A stretch of 64,000 nt of DNA from Podarcis tiliguerta. Its lineage: Eukaryota. The notes below the pieces were generated by a model. The model did not search any database and was not told where the DNA came from. It worked only from the letters and a program-made list of their open reading frames with translations. Where the stretch lies: assembly GCA_965153285.1 (NCBI GenBank), contig OZ229115.1. The stretch is one strand, 5' to 3'. Positions 27,036 to 39,870 of this stretch are shown piece after piece (position 1 is the first letter of the stretch; every line of letters starts with the position of its first letter). A program made the position numbers and the translations under genes.

Positions 27036-30000
27036 ATCCCACTTACCCCTATAAGCATGCCTTAAAGCGACTCACAACAAAACAGCAAAAACATATGAAT
27101 ACATCACTACACTAAATAGTCCAAAACCCATTCATTACAAAATATAACAAAATTTGAATAAACAATTCCTTTTGATAAAACAAATTTTATAATGTGTATA
27201 TAAAATAGACAATATAAGTCATTAAATCTTATCAGTTGATATTATTTATATTAAATAGGTAAGCCAAAGCCAGATATGAGAAAGCCTTCCAGTATAATCA
27301 TGCATTAACAAATAATATAACCAGTGCTATGTGCAATAAATGGTAAGCATATTTTATAGAACCTGCAGCAGATAATCTCTCACATGCCCCACTCTCATAT
27401 TCTGATTAACTTTCTTATTAAAAAAGAAAACAAGTATTTAAAGGTTATAGTCATATTTCCTACATTTACTGTGGAGGAAAACTAATGCCAAGTCTAGACA
27501 GTGGCTTGCAGCTCCTCCTCGCTATTGATTGTACCGTGGCTGGACAGGGCAATTTGTGGGCTTTTCCTCCAGGTGCAACTAAAAGTGGCATCCCAAAATG
27601 AAGTAAATAGTAATAAATGTTTGATCATAAAAACTAAACTGTGCCTTTACATGATACAATCTAAGAGAGGCAGTTGACTTACTTGTGTAAGATTCAGGTT
27701 GTGACATTCAATCTGAGTTTGTTTAAAGATGAACAAGATTAAAAAGCAGTCAAAATATGTTAGGTTTTTACCTCAAGTGTTTAGGACATTGCTTTCAAAA
27801 TGTAACATAGCCATACAATGATTATATTAGAGGCCTGGTTTCCCACTTCATCACTTGCTCCCCAAGCAAAGGAAGACAGATCTGCAACATAGAGGTTTGG
27901 CAACACAGTTCCTCTAATGCTCCTGGCTGATGAGTGATGTAAAGATTTGCTGTTGTTAATTGTTTTTCTTTCTATCACACCCCTCCTGCACTTGCTGCTC
28001 AAGGTACTATTAAATAAAATAATGTTGTAAAATAAAGTAAGGGCATATTAAACATTGACTTATGTAGAGTGAAGGAAGGCGTGGCAGTAAAGATGTAGGC
28101 TAAGGAGAAGGCATTTACACTTTGCTGAAAAATTTGTGTAAAAATGAGAGGAAGCACACAAGCCAAAGCTGAAATGGGAGGCGAGATTGTATCATTGACA
28201 AGGTTATGATTAAAAGATACTCCTACAGTACCAGATCAAGAAAGTGGCCAGCAAAGTTGCTCTTGCTGCTTGGGCCAGGCATTAATAGAAAATGTGGCTG
28301 GTCATAAATTAAAAGTAGTAATGAAATGGATTTAGTGTGGGCATAGTCATTCATCCATTAAACGTATTTATGTGACTCCCATTCTGCCAAGGCACCCAAA
28401 ATGTTTTATAATTTTGAAATACTAAAGCAACCAAATACTACAAAATTTTGAACAACAGAATTCTCTCAGTAAAGCCAACCCTGGGAATGTTACTAGGAGG
28501 CATTGTAGGATTGAAGGCATTTTATACACATTGGTGGGATCTGCATTACTTAACACCCAGAGCATCCAGTAGAAGGAACAGCAGAAGTGTGGAAAGGATA
28601 TAGAATTAGGGTGGCTTGGGCTGCAGTCCTAACTAACTTTCCTGGAAGAAAGCCCCATTGACTCTAGTCAGACTTACTTTTGAGTAGACATGGTTAGGAT
28701 TGAGCTTTTACTCAGAGTAGCACTCGCATACCAACATTCTTTTCAAATATTATTGGCCCAGTTACCTCATTGGGAAAGTCAGATCCTCAGGTCTGCTATA
28801 TCTGTAGTTATGCATTCAAGGCTGTGCAAAGTGCCATATACCTCAAATTGGTTTGTATTTGGTTTAAATGGTCATTCAGACCTGAATGTTTCTAATGTAG
28901 ATTATCAATGATATGGACAAGCCTTTTGGTCACATTTCTAGCACATCCTTTGTGCTAGAAAGTGAGCAAATGAAGATGTCATTCCTTAACTATAATTTCC
29001 TATTTTCATCCAAACCGGAAATTTTGGTTAACATCTTCAGAACAAACCAGGATATTAAACAGTTTTTCAAAGTTTAATTAACTGGTAACCATGGTTTCCT
29101 AGTTCAGATGAAATGGGAAACTATCATTAATGGAAGACATTGTGGTTTGTTTTGCTTGAAGTGAGGAATGAAAGGACTGTATGCACAGCCAAATTCCTGC
29201 TCTTGTCTCTGCTTACTAAGGGTGCTTCCAGACAGAAGTTTATTGTGGAATTGCTGCTGAACCATGCAATTTTTTCTTGCCGTGTCCGCATGAAGTTGTT
29301 GTCACCAAAATGCCAAGCAATATTTTTTTTTTACATTTAATTTCCATACCCCTTACTGCGAAAAATAGATAAGTAAAAATAACTTGTTATAAGCCTACAG
29401 TCACTGCTGGTGTGGAAGCTAGTTAGTGCATTAGCACTTTTTTGTGTGGTGATGGTGGCAGTTTGTCACATGTGGTGACATTTCAGTGGGTGGCCCCTAA
29501 TGCAACAGTCTGTACACAGGTACAGAAATACCTGCATACATGCACAGATCAGAAGGCAATGGAGGGTTGTGGAGGAGTGTTGAACAGGAGGGACAACAAA
29601 ACCATCTTCCTATACTCTGTTGAGGTCCTCTAATGTGGACAGCAACTGGCAGAATAGCAATGATATCCATGACTGGGAGAGAGGTGGGGAACAGAAATAT
29701 GTGGAAGCTAACATGCCAAATGTGCACACTGAAGTATCTGATCTGAGCATTATGTTTGCAATATAAGCCCCCTTCTGGAAGCACCCTAAGGCAGCACAAT
29801 AATAAGTGTCATTAATTATTTAGGTTGGGTGGATGTCTTATAAGAACAGTGGAAGCTGCATGCAAAGTCAGTCCATTGGTGCATCTAGCTGAATATAGTC
29901 TATAATGACTAGCAGTTGGTCTCCAGGTTTCAAGCAGGAGTTTGGAGATGACAGGAATTGGATAAACTGGCAGCTTCTGCATTCTTGTTCATGCTGAAAA

Positions 30001-31184
30001 CGTACTCCATTAGAATTAAAACTTAGGATGTTGTCCAAATTTTTATTTTGTAGCATATGACTTACATTTTCATTTGGTGATCCTGACCACTATCATGGGA
30101 GTTCTGAATAATTTTTATTTTATGTCTTTTATTGCCATATTCTCTAACATATGTTAGTGCATACTAAACCTCCAAAGAGATCTTGTTTCATTGCTTCAGA
30201 GTCACTATACAGCTCTGGCAAGGGCTATCTTACACTGAGATCTGGAGACTTTGTTTTAATAACATACCAACTAAACTTTAGGGAATCCATTTTGAGTGTG
30301 TGTTGGGATTCCTTAGCTTTGCATCCATACAGAATTTTCAGTGACTAGGTGGATACAGAACAGCTCCAGATGATCTGTTTGGCAGCAACATAAAACAGAA
30401 GCTGCTTCAGTTAGCCAGGAATCATTTCTGGACTCTGTTGTAAGAGATGCTTCTTGTCCCTTAGAGTGGGGGAAGGGGATGTAGACTCTTTATTTACAGT
30501 GATAATTTGGAGATGGTGCAGGGGCAAGTAAGCACTCAGCAAATTTTTCTTTGGGGCATGAACCAATAACCCTCTTCTTCCTGTCAGTACAGCTTGTGAG
30601 CCATGCAAGCTTCCGTGATGAGAATGGTTCTGTCAAGGGGGATGGAATGGTAGTTAGAAAAGCAGATAAATAGGCAGCAGATTTATTATGGTAGAGATTA
30701 CCCGCAACTTCAGCAAACGGCATTAGCCTTCCTGATGCTTCACTCATCTGTGGACAAAAGCATCAGCAAGTATAAACCAGCCATAAAGCGAAAATGGAGT
30801 AATGTCATCTCGGCTGTGGAGAATGCTAAACGAAGCAGCTGGAACTGCTTCCTCTGATTAAAAGCTAGGGCTACAGCCTGAAGGAACATACACTAGGAGA
30901 GTGGGAGGGAAAGCGATAACAAGTGTAAATATTTTAATTACTCTTTAAGAGGCAAGTTAAACATGCTTAAAATCTGCCTTCTTTGTATTTACAGAAATCT
31001 TTGAGTGTCTTTCTTTGTTTCCCATTGGGTGATCAGTGCTGTGGATAATGGAATGTGGGGAGCGGTTAATCTCAGATACACAGCACTCATATGCTTACTG
31101 GTATTTATTGATCAATACACGGAACATGATTTGACGCTCTGTGTCCTGTTTAACCCTCTCTTTCTATTTGTTTAAACTCCCCAG

Positions 31185-31193
31185 TTTTCTTTG
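31185..31193 (+). CDS. PTPRF: Candidate 9-nt microexon (meA3-like; adds V-F-F)
   Basis: ccctctctttctatttgtttaaactccccag|TTTTCTTTG|gtaagt. It has a pyrimidine tract, a CAG acceptor and a consensus donor, preserves frame, and lies just upstream of meA6, where PTPRD has its 9-nt exon. Confidence 0.65.
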
Positions 31194-32257
31194 GTAAGTG
31201 CTTGGTGTTCAGATGTGCAAAATCTGCATCAAACCAACACATACCATGAACTGCCTACAAATTAGATCTGCATGAATCTCCCTCACCTTACTAACAGCCT
31301 TCATTTGCACAAAATAAGACCAAGGGGACAAAACTGGGGATCAGAGGAGTTTGCTGTCAGTTTACATACACGGGTCTCCCTCTGCACATCTGGACCATGC
31401 TAACAATAAAGCCCATGACTGAGCAAACTGCACTTTTGCTTGACGTTTTGGAGCAGTTAGCTTTGTAACCAAGCCCTCCTTATAAGATGCACTCATAGCA
31501 TGTGAACTTATTTTCTGCTCCCTTATAAGGAGGGTTGGAATCCCTTTCCTCTGCCTACTGTATAAATTATGCAGAGCGAGTCTGGTGCTCCATTGGTCCA
31601 AATAAAAACTAGAAGAAAGTGCTTTGGATTTTTATTTGAAAAATCTGTTGTGTAGAATACCAATTTCTGGCCAGGGGGAACCTGGTGTAGGTTTTATTAA
31701 AGTTACCCCTGAATTCATCACTCAGTTTTTAAGTTTCAATTACATAATCAGATTTTGTCCCCAACGGTCCATGTAATCTTAAACCAAGAATGTGTGTCTC
31801 ACCAACACCATATGCTTAATTTTTCTCCCCACACACACTCTCTCACAACACTCACTCTGGTACTCCCACAGCCCCATCTTCTGGCAGAATAAAAGGGCGC
31901 AGCACCCATATCCCAGTGGCTTCTCCATCTCAGTTGTGACAATGAATGCTAGTGGTTTTGCTTAGGAGTCAGAGCCCTCCTTTGTGTAGGACCAGCAATA
32001 TATTAATTGGGTAAAATGGGGCCAGACTCTGTGTTCTTGGTAGCAGAGAGCTTTACTAACCACCTGAGGGCATCACTCTGACTTGTTACTGCACATCCTT
32101 TATTTCTTTTTATTTATTTATTTTTGTTTGTTCCTGTTGCGCTAATACAGATTCTAGCTTTGAAAAACTTTCTACTTTTTTAGTTATAATTTTCTTCCTT
32201 TCCTCTTTGTACTAACGCTTCTCTCTAATCTTATTTGCATTCAAATTACCTCACCAG

Positions 32258-32275
32258 GTGGTACACCAATCAGAG
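32258..32275 (+). CDS. PTPRF: Mini-exon A (meA6), 18-nt microexon encoding GGTPIR
   Basis: ttacctcaccag|GTGGTACACCAATCAGAG|gtaaga. In phase 1 it reads G-G-T-P-I-R, the known LAR-RPTP meA peptide type. TACTAAC branch consensus at 32210-32216 and TGC at 32236-32238. Confidence 0.93.
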
Positions 32276-32823
32276 GTAAGAATGCTGAACTGTGCCTCTA
32301 ATTGTCATGTCACTCCATATCCTTTCTGCCATGCCCGTCTCCAACAGTATATCATCTCCAGCTATTCTTTCACTCCAAACTCTTGTCAGCTCACTTGCGC
32401 ATCTGCCGTTCCTTCCTGTGTGTGCTTGTTTTTGTTTATTTTTAGTGTGGCGCCTTGTAGAATCATCCATCGCAGGTGTGCACAGGTCAAAGGGGGTTAT
32501 TCAACGGGAGGTTTTCAGAGGGAGAACGCTATCCCCATTCATGCCACAGAGGGCTCTGAGGTCTTGAATCTTTCAGATTCAGTCACCCTCTGGGGCACCA
32601 CGTCCTGGCAGGTCTGAAATAGCTGCTGTGGCGTGTTTTGAAGGATGTAACACTTTCACAAGAGAACAGTGAAGCCCTTCCTTCTGCATTATTGCTGACA
32701 GGAATTGAACTAATACAAAGGAAATAAATTCTTAAAATGCCAGGCAAATCTAACTTGAGGAATAAGACTGGAGGACTTTCTTTGAGAGCTGAAGGTGCAC
32801 CTTTTCATAAATTTAATAAATAA

Positions 32824-32824
<1 letters not shown>

Positions 32825-32872
<48 letters not shown>
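32825..32872. repeat. (ATT)16 microsatellite
   Basis: Read directly from the sequence. Confidence 0.95.
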
Positions 32873-35800
32873 TTGCTGGCCCTTCTCTGATATGAAGGTG
32901 AAGGGAGGAGATCTAAGATGCCAGCTCCACCCCTTCTGAAGCCTGACAAGGATTCATGGTGCACTGTAGCATAAAGATTTGTTGTGAGTAAATGAATCAG
33001 ACACACATCTGGCTGCATTAAGTCTTCAATTGTTCAATCCACCTCCAGTCTGACAGCTCTGCATTCCCAGACCTTGCTAGTTTCACTGCCTATATGTGCT
33101 AGTAACATTTCTAGCCTACACACTCAAAGTAGTCCCTTGAATTAATTTTAAGGTTGTAATCACTACTATATAGTGTGACTCTGATCTCTTGTGATTTCAG
33201 TTACTGCTGTTGACTGACCCCTGAATTTCCTGATAAACTTTTTAGCACCACTAAATTACACTATCTCATTTGTCCAATGCTCCCCTTCTTTCCTCCCCCT
33301 TCTCTCTCCACTGAATCACTGCTGGAAGTTAATAATCCAAGTCTTTGGAACTGGTTCTGTTGCTGGGGGTTAATGTTTTCAGTTCTTGTTAAGTGATTTT
33401 GGAGCAAATGGGGGTTGCTGTTTCAAGTGTATTTGCATCAAGTTGCTTCTGTGAAAAATCTGGGTCAGGGGAAAAACTGTAAACCTCATTTTGATATGAA
33501 TGGGTTTCTCTGTCATCTTCTCTCTGGAATGCTGCAAGATTGACAGCTGTGATGCCACACATTTTTAAAACCTTTTCTCTGCTTCTATCACAACTCTGAA
33601 AGCAAAATGACAGACTGAATGCTAAGTAACCAAGCAGGCCCTATCGTTGCCCATATCAGGTTGGGCCTTTCCCAGCACACAACTGCTATGTATTTCCTCT
33701 GTATCAACAAGCGAGGGCATTAATGACTCAGCACCAGAACCGCCTGGATGTTCCGTACATCCTTTTTGAGGAAAGTGGACATATCTTTATAATGAGAATC
33801 ATCCATCTCATAAAACATAAATCTCCCTATCTGAGTCCTAATGAGGTATTTTAAGAATGTGTCTGACATTATTTAAAATGTATGTGTCCCGTTTGAATGT
33901 CAAAGATGACATTTCTGTACGTGCCAAAAAGCCACCTCTTAGCATCTCATACAGGATTTGTGTCAGACTTACACCTTTTGTTAAACACACAGGCTATTGA
34001 GTCTCTAAAGATTATCAGATGTGGTAGGTGAAGGCACTTTTGTGAAAGGGAGGTTATACTCACATAGTGGTCTGTACTGTGGTTCTCACTAAGGTAAGTT
34101 TGTTGCACTTCTGGGATCAATTTGATGTGGAAATAAAACTAAATTATTTTTTTGTTTGCACGGCTAGTTGGATGTAAAATTTTCAGTGGTTCATGTTGAG
34201 AGGTGGATTCTATGTGAATGCATTGAAGGGCCAATCATACTTTCTGCCTATTGAATGGAAGTGTTATGGAAGTCAGGCCGGAGAAGCAGGATAAAATTTT
34301 ATTTCTGAAACTAACCTTTCCTTTGGGCCCTGCAGCCGCAGTTCTACTCTTGCTGTCCAGAGGTGCTGTCATTTTTCTAACTGAGAGCTCTGTGTTCACA
34401 AGGCATGTTGTCACTTTTAACATTCCCCCTTTGCCTTTCAGGTGAGACCCAGGCTGAAAGGTCAGGGTGAGTTTTGATAGACTGTTCAGAGATGCATGGG
34501 TCTAGTTGGTGACTGGCAGGTTAGACAAGAGGATGGATGAATGGATGTGTATTTTGAAGGATGGCTAGTAAGCAAAAATAAAAGCTGCTTTAGGGGAAGT
34601 GACTTGACACATGTCCCCTTTCTCAAAGTTCAAATCAAGTTTTCTATGTTGTTATAGAATGCAATTAAATATTATGAGAAATATTTCTCCTGGAAGCAGA
34701 AAATGCTGGCATGTCATGGACCTCTGATGCTTCAGATTTTGCCATTGCAGGTACATGAGAAGCAGTGGAAGTGTTAAAGGGAAGACAGCATTTTAAATGG
34801 TCCTTTTCTTCACAAAATAAATTGGAATCAATTGGAAAGCGTTCGTACCCGTTGACTGGATAGACTTTCCTCCAGTGTGAGTTTCACCACTGCAAAGCAG
34901 AAGGACAATTACTTTGAAACAGAAAGATCTGATAATTGGCAGAGAGGGGCTGAGAAACTTTTTATCTAATACTTTTACTATTGCCCAAATTCCACACTGT
35001 TTTGCCCTTAGCACCCTCTTTGGCAGCCTTGTAGTGCTGCTTCTCTTGGGATCTGCATATCTCAATCTCTCTTTTTCTGTATCTGGAGTACAAGAGGAAA
35101 GTGCATGAATGCCAGATGCATGATACACAAAAGGAAGGGGAATCAGTGATTGAGCTGTATTCCTGCATTTGCCCTTGTGTGCTGCTCAGTTTCATAGCTC
35201 TCCGTCAGTGACTGCCTCACATGTATATATCACAGAAACCCAGCTTCATTCCAGGTCCCAGCCATGCCAATCATCATGCTCAGGAAGAAGAGGCACAGCT
35301 GAACAGGAACATAATGAGCATCAGTAATAACATCACTGTGGTAGTTTTGTTTTTATTTATTTAGCTTATTTGGCTGTAATAAATAAATAAATTTGAGATG
35401 GGGGCATTTGGCTGCCATTCCAGGTAGCACCTAGGATTATTAGAGCTGAAAATCTAAGCGGCATGTTAAGTAGAGTATTGATATATAAATCATGATCCAA
35501 AAAATTTTGTCCACCATTTTACTCTACTGGCAACTGCAGAGCTGCAAGAATCCAGTGTGAGATTGTGAAAGTAGACTTTTGCCTTCCTCGTCAAATCCTC
35601 AAATTTATATAAACATAAATTTAACTGAACACAAGTGAAGCTTCTGAGTAAACATTCATAGGATTGCCCTGTTAATGAGACAGTCAACATTTTTCATTAA
35701 CTTTGCTGGCAAAGCAAGGCAGATCCTGCCAAAACCAGAACACTTCCATAGATTAGACCTACCTGCAGAAATGTAAGGTGAGATGGTATCTGTGGATTTA

Positions 35801-36194
35801 TTTATTTTAGCCATCTCTACCCATGCTTATGAAGCCCACCAACCCCCACTACCTATTTTCATTTGCAATTACAAGTCAGTAGAGAGTAGCCTTCCCCAAT
35901 TCCCATCAGCCCCAGCAAGCATAGCCAATGGTGAGGAATGATGAGAATTCTAGTACAAAACATTTTGGGGTTGGGGAAGGCGATATAAAGCATATGCATG
36001 TGCCTCACAAGTAGAGAGGAGCAATGTAAGGAAACACACATAAATAATGTTTGGAAATATCCAGGGTCAAGGAACAGGAGGCTAGGAGTTTGAATCCCCT
36101 TTCTTGGGGGTTCCCTCTGCCTCCTGTCAGTCATGAAGCAGGTTATCATTGCTTGCTGTTACTATATTTTAATACTTGCTTTTGTAATATTTGA

Positions 36195-36980
36195 AGGCAG
36201 TGATGGACTGGATGTGGGCCAACAAATTAAAAATGAATCCTGAAAATCCAGGAGCTGGGAGGGCAGCCTCTTCTGAGCAGGGTTGCAATCCCCTGGAAGA
36301 AGCAGGTTCATAGCTTGAGGGTGTTCTCCAGCATTGTCACTTGAGGTGGCTAATTTCCTGCTATGGCTTGGTTTGCCAGCTACAACCCCTTTTGGACAGA
36401 GGTGACTTCACCACAGTGCTGCATGCTCTGGTAACTTCCAGATTGGACTACTCTTCATGAAGATGACTTGGAAACTTCAACTGGTTCAAAATTCAATGGT
36501 CAGATCGCTTGCTGGGTTTGCCTTTAGCACTTATGCAATTCATTTTTCTGCCAATTCAAGGTGCTCATGCTAGTTTTTAAAGCTCTAAATTATTTAAGCC
36601 CCAAATATCTGAGACACTGCTGCCTTCTCTACAGACCCTCTCAGATATTAAGATCAGCAGAGGGACCCTTTGGGTGGCTCTGCCGCCCTCAGAAATTCAA
36701 GGTGATGGCTCAGGAGAGGACATTCTTTGCAGCAGCTTATGAATAGTGGCACCTTTGCTATATAGCCTTTGTCAGTTGCTGAAGACACACCTTTTTATCC
36801 TGGTGTTTTTGGTGTTTTCAAATGTGTGTTTTCAGGACCCACCTGAAATTAGTTTTAACTGTTTTTAATACTGAATTGAAATCATAGTAACCAGCCCTGG
36901 CACCTGCTGATGAAGGGTGGGTAATAAATTTAACAACAGCAGCAACGTAGCAGCAGCAGTAGTAGTATTGGTAGTAGTAG
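36195..36980 (+). mobile_element. Decayed L2 LINE 3' portion followed by a CAG/TAG simple-repeat tail
   Basis: Motifs WM.ANKLK.NP.K, HALVTSRLDY, KLQLVQN, FKVL.L.FKAL. 3' end gaagggtgggtaataaat. Confidence 0.8.
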
Positions 36981-38411
36981 ATGTTTTCCTGGTCTGGGTT
37001 ACAAAACATTAAAAACAAACCTGACAATGCTGCTGCTGCTGTATTAAAGAACAGTCAACTTATTAGTATTATATGTGAAAGCACCTTAAGAGTGGCAGAA
37101 GGAAGGCTTTTCTGGCTGGCGTCCCCTGCACTGCCCCCTGCCAGCCCCAGCGTAACAATAGGAAGGGCTCCCTACATCATTTTTATTACATAGCAAAGCT
37201 CAGTGAGGTTCATTTTTTCTCTCCCTGACATATAGACTTAGGCTACAGTCTCAATTTATCCTTCTAAATAATGTAGGTGGTGGCAGTTGATTCACATTAG
37301 TTTTCCTTCTGTTGCAATGATATGAAAACTGAATTTGACCTCCGTTCCTTGAAGTGGGAAGAGCGGAGACAGCAATTTTGGCTTCTGTTCACAGTGCTGT
37401 TTTCTCTGGCAAATGGAAATGGGTTCAGACTCTGACAAGCAGACAGGTTAATGCTTTTTCTCTTGGTTCAGGTGTGTATGTGTTTCTGAGCAAATGCCCT
37501 CTTCTGCCATCTCTGGAATCTCAACTTCTGGAAGAACCAAGAAAGTCTTTGCTACTCAGGAAGTATGGAGGTTCTGATCTGGCAATGTGACATCAAGGCT
37601 ACTTCTACATTCACCCTTTGCTTATTTTCCCCTTCACCATTGTCATCCTTACTTCCTCCACAAACTAGATGCAGCCCATTTTAAATGATTTCCAGACGAA
37701 ACAACTGGACAGGGTTCAGCACTCATCTATGATGGACGAGATAAGGAACAAGAATGCAATTCAAGCCGTATTTGTCCCTAATGTGGGTTGGGCTGATTTC
37801 AGGTTTAAATTGGATTTAACACAAGTTGTACCATTTTCTGATGCTGACTTATTAATTGTATTGATGGTTGTATTGAGCTCTTTATCATAAATGAAAGGAG
37901 TAGTCTTCAGAAGCAGAGATGCAAAGGACTTCTCAGGGTACAATCTTGTAATCCTTTTGGTTTGTAGGTTTCTGAGGTTCTGTTATTCGTACTTTATGGG
38001 GAAGTGAAGGTTTAATTTTAGAGAATCGAATTGATAATTGAAGGAAAGAGAGTAGTGCACCAAGATGCAAATTGGTTGTGTGAAGATGGTATTTGTTGTG
38101 ATATTTCAACGGATAAACCTGAATTCTTTTGAAACTTTCTGTGCTTGGTAGAAATGGATGTGTTCCATAAGAAGTGAATTGAAAAGGTGTCAATAACTGT
38201 TTGCCTGTGCAGCTATAAAAACTGGACACAGCAGGTGCTTTTTAGCAACAACCAAGTGGAAGTGGTGTTTGGTGGACCCTCTGAGAAGTGCCATGCCACA
38301 CATTTACCAGAAGCCCTTTGTGTCCTAAGTTAGGGACACAGAGCAAAAATGTACATGTTTTGTAAATATATTATTATAACCAATATTGTCTGTGTTCTAT
38401 TTTCCACATAG

Positions 38412-38522
38412 GAGCTCTACAGATTGAGAACAGTGAAGAGTCAGACCAAGGCAAATATGAATGTGTCGCCACGAACAGTGCTGGGACCCGTTACTCTGCT
38501 CCAGCCAACCTTTATGTGCGAG
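38412..38522 (+). CDS. PTPRF: PTPRF coding exon, C-terminal part of Ig2 (111 nt, phase 1-1); absent from the ORF track
   Basis: Boundaries ttttccacatag|GAGCTCTA...GTGCGAG|gtaaag. Translates (G)[36 protein letters not shown]. Confidence 0.97.
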
Positions 38523-39847
38523 GTAAAGTTGGAGAAGGCAAACTTCCATCCCTTTCTACCTTCTCTTCCGTGTCTACACCTTCTCTAATGACCCATGAGA
38601 CGTAGCAGTGAGAGGTTACCTTTATGATGTATTGTAAATGATGAAACCTAAATGCCCAACCAGTCATTGAGTTCAAGCTTTGGAAAGTCAATTCTTACCA
38701 CAATTTTTCTTCTTTATTTCATTTTTTTCGCCAGAGCTTCTTTAATGGTCAAACTGGTTAAACCACTGTCATAAAGGGGGCAGAAGTTCATGTTTAATTA
38801 TTTGTATATTTTGTTAAACAAAAGCGTGTTTGGGGGCTTTGTGAAATTAGTGGGTCTCTCTTTTTCTCACCTTTTTGGGGAGGGTTTATTTATTTATTTT
38901 AATGAGATAAAGCTTTGAGCATTCATTTCATAAGCTTGACTTGTTCTCTTGCAGGTGAGTTGGTGCATCATGTTGACTCTGGAATAGCATGTTAGTTTCC
39001 ATAAGCTCTCTTGGTCAACACCTTGTCAGCAACGGGGATTATTGCAGAAGCTATTACAATAGCTTCCATTCCTGCTGAGAATCAGCTTCAGTTTGTTGCA
39101 TGAAGCCACTTTGCCAGACTGTTTTCTTAATTTGTTATTATTCCCAGATCTCAAAGTCTTTTCACTCACTACGTTAAATTTGATACAGAATTTTGTGTTT
39201 GGAGATCAAAGAGTTTGGTACTTCATTAAAAGCTGATGAGTTTTCTGTTCTGTTTTACATGGGGACAATGTGTGTTCTCCTTGGCCAGACCTTGTATTAG
39301 CCAGGGATATTAATGTAAGACACCCCTTGGTGTGGTTTGGTACTTACATAACAGTGGGAAAGAAGAAGAGTGTCAATTTGGTGCCTTTGACTGGTTGGCA
39401 GTTAAACTCATATTTTATTCCTTCTTAGGTCCTGGATCTCAATAACTACCCGTTTAGAAATACTGTTTCCATCTTCATTCCTTCCTCTGTCTTTTCTCTT
39501 TTTTCTCTCTCTCTGTCTCCTCACTTGATCGTTGCTTCCTAATACTCATGCACACGCCTTTTATTTGTGGGGTGGAGGGGAGCTGCCTTAACCAAGCTGA
39601 GGAAGAGTTATTCCCAAGAGAAGCCAAAATGACTTACTGTGTGATTGCTTCTAGGTCTCTCGGTTACTCTCATTGTGTTCAGCACTCATTTTCTACAGGT
39701 GCCGTTTCATCTTGCAGAACAATTTCAACATACAAATCTGTACGATGCTGAAGTTTCAGATAGTCTCAGAACTCTTTATCTGTGCAGCAGAAATGCCCAT
39801 TTCTCAAGCATAATGTGCTTATTATTGACCTTATATACCCTGTACTC

Positions 39848-39870
39848 TGTGTGTGTGTGTGTGTGTGTGT
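39848..39870. repeat. (TG)n microsatellite
   Basis: Read directly from the sequence. Confidence 0.9.

Noticed and set aside
30995-31003. tttacag|AAATCTTTG as a 9-nt E-I-F microexon resembling PTPRS ETF
   Set aside because: It is followed by AGTGTC, with no GT at +1. The nearest GT gives a 10-nt frameshifting exon with a poor donor.
39470-39580. Long pyrimidine tract suggesting a hidden exon
   Set aside because: No appropriately placed AG followed by a credible donor. Likely a CT-rich simple sequence.
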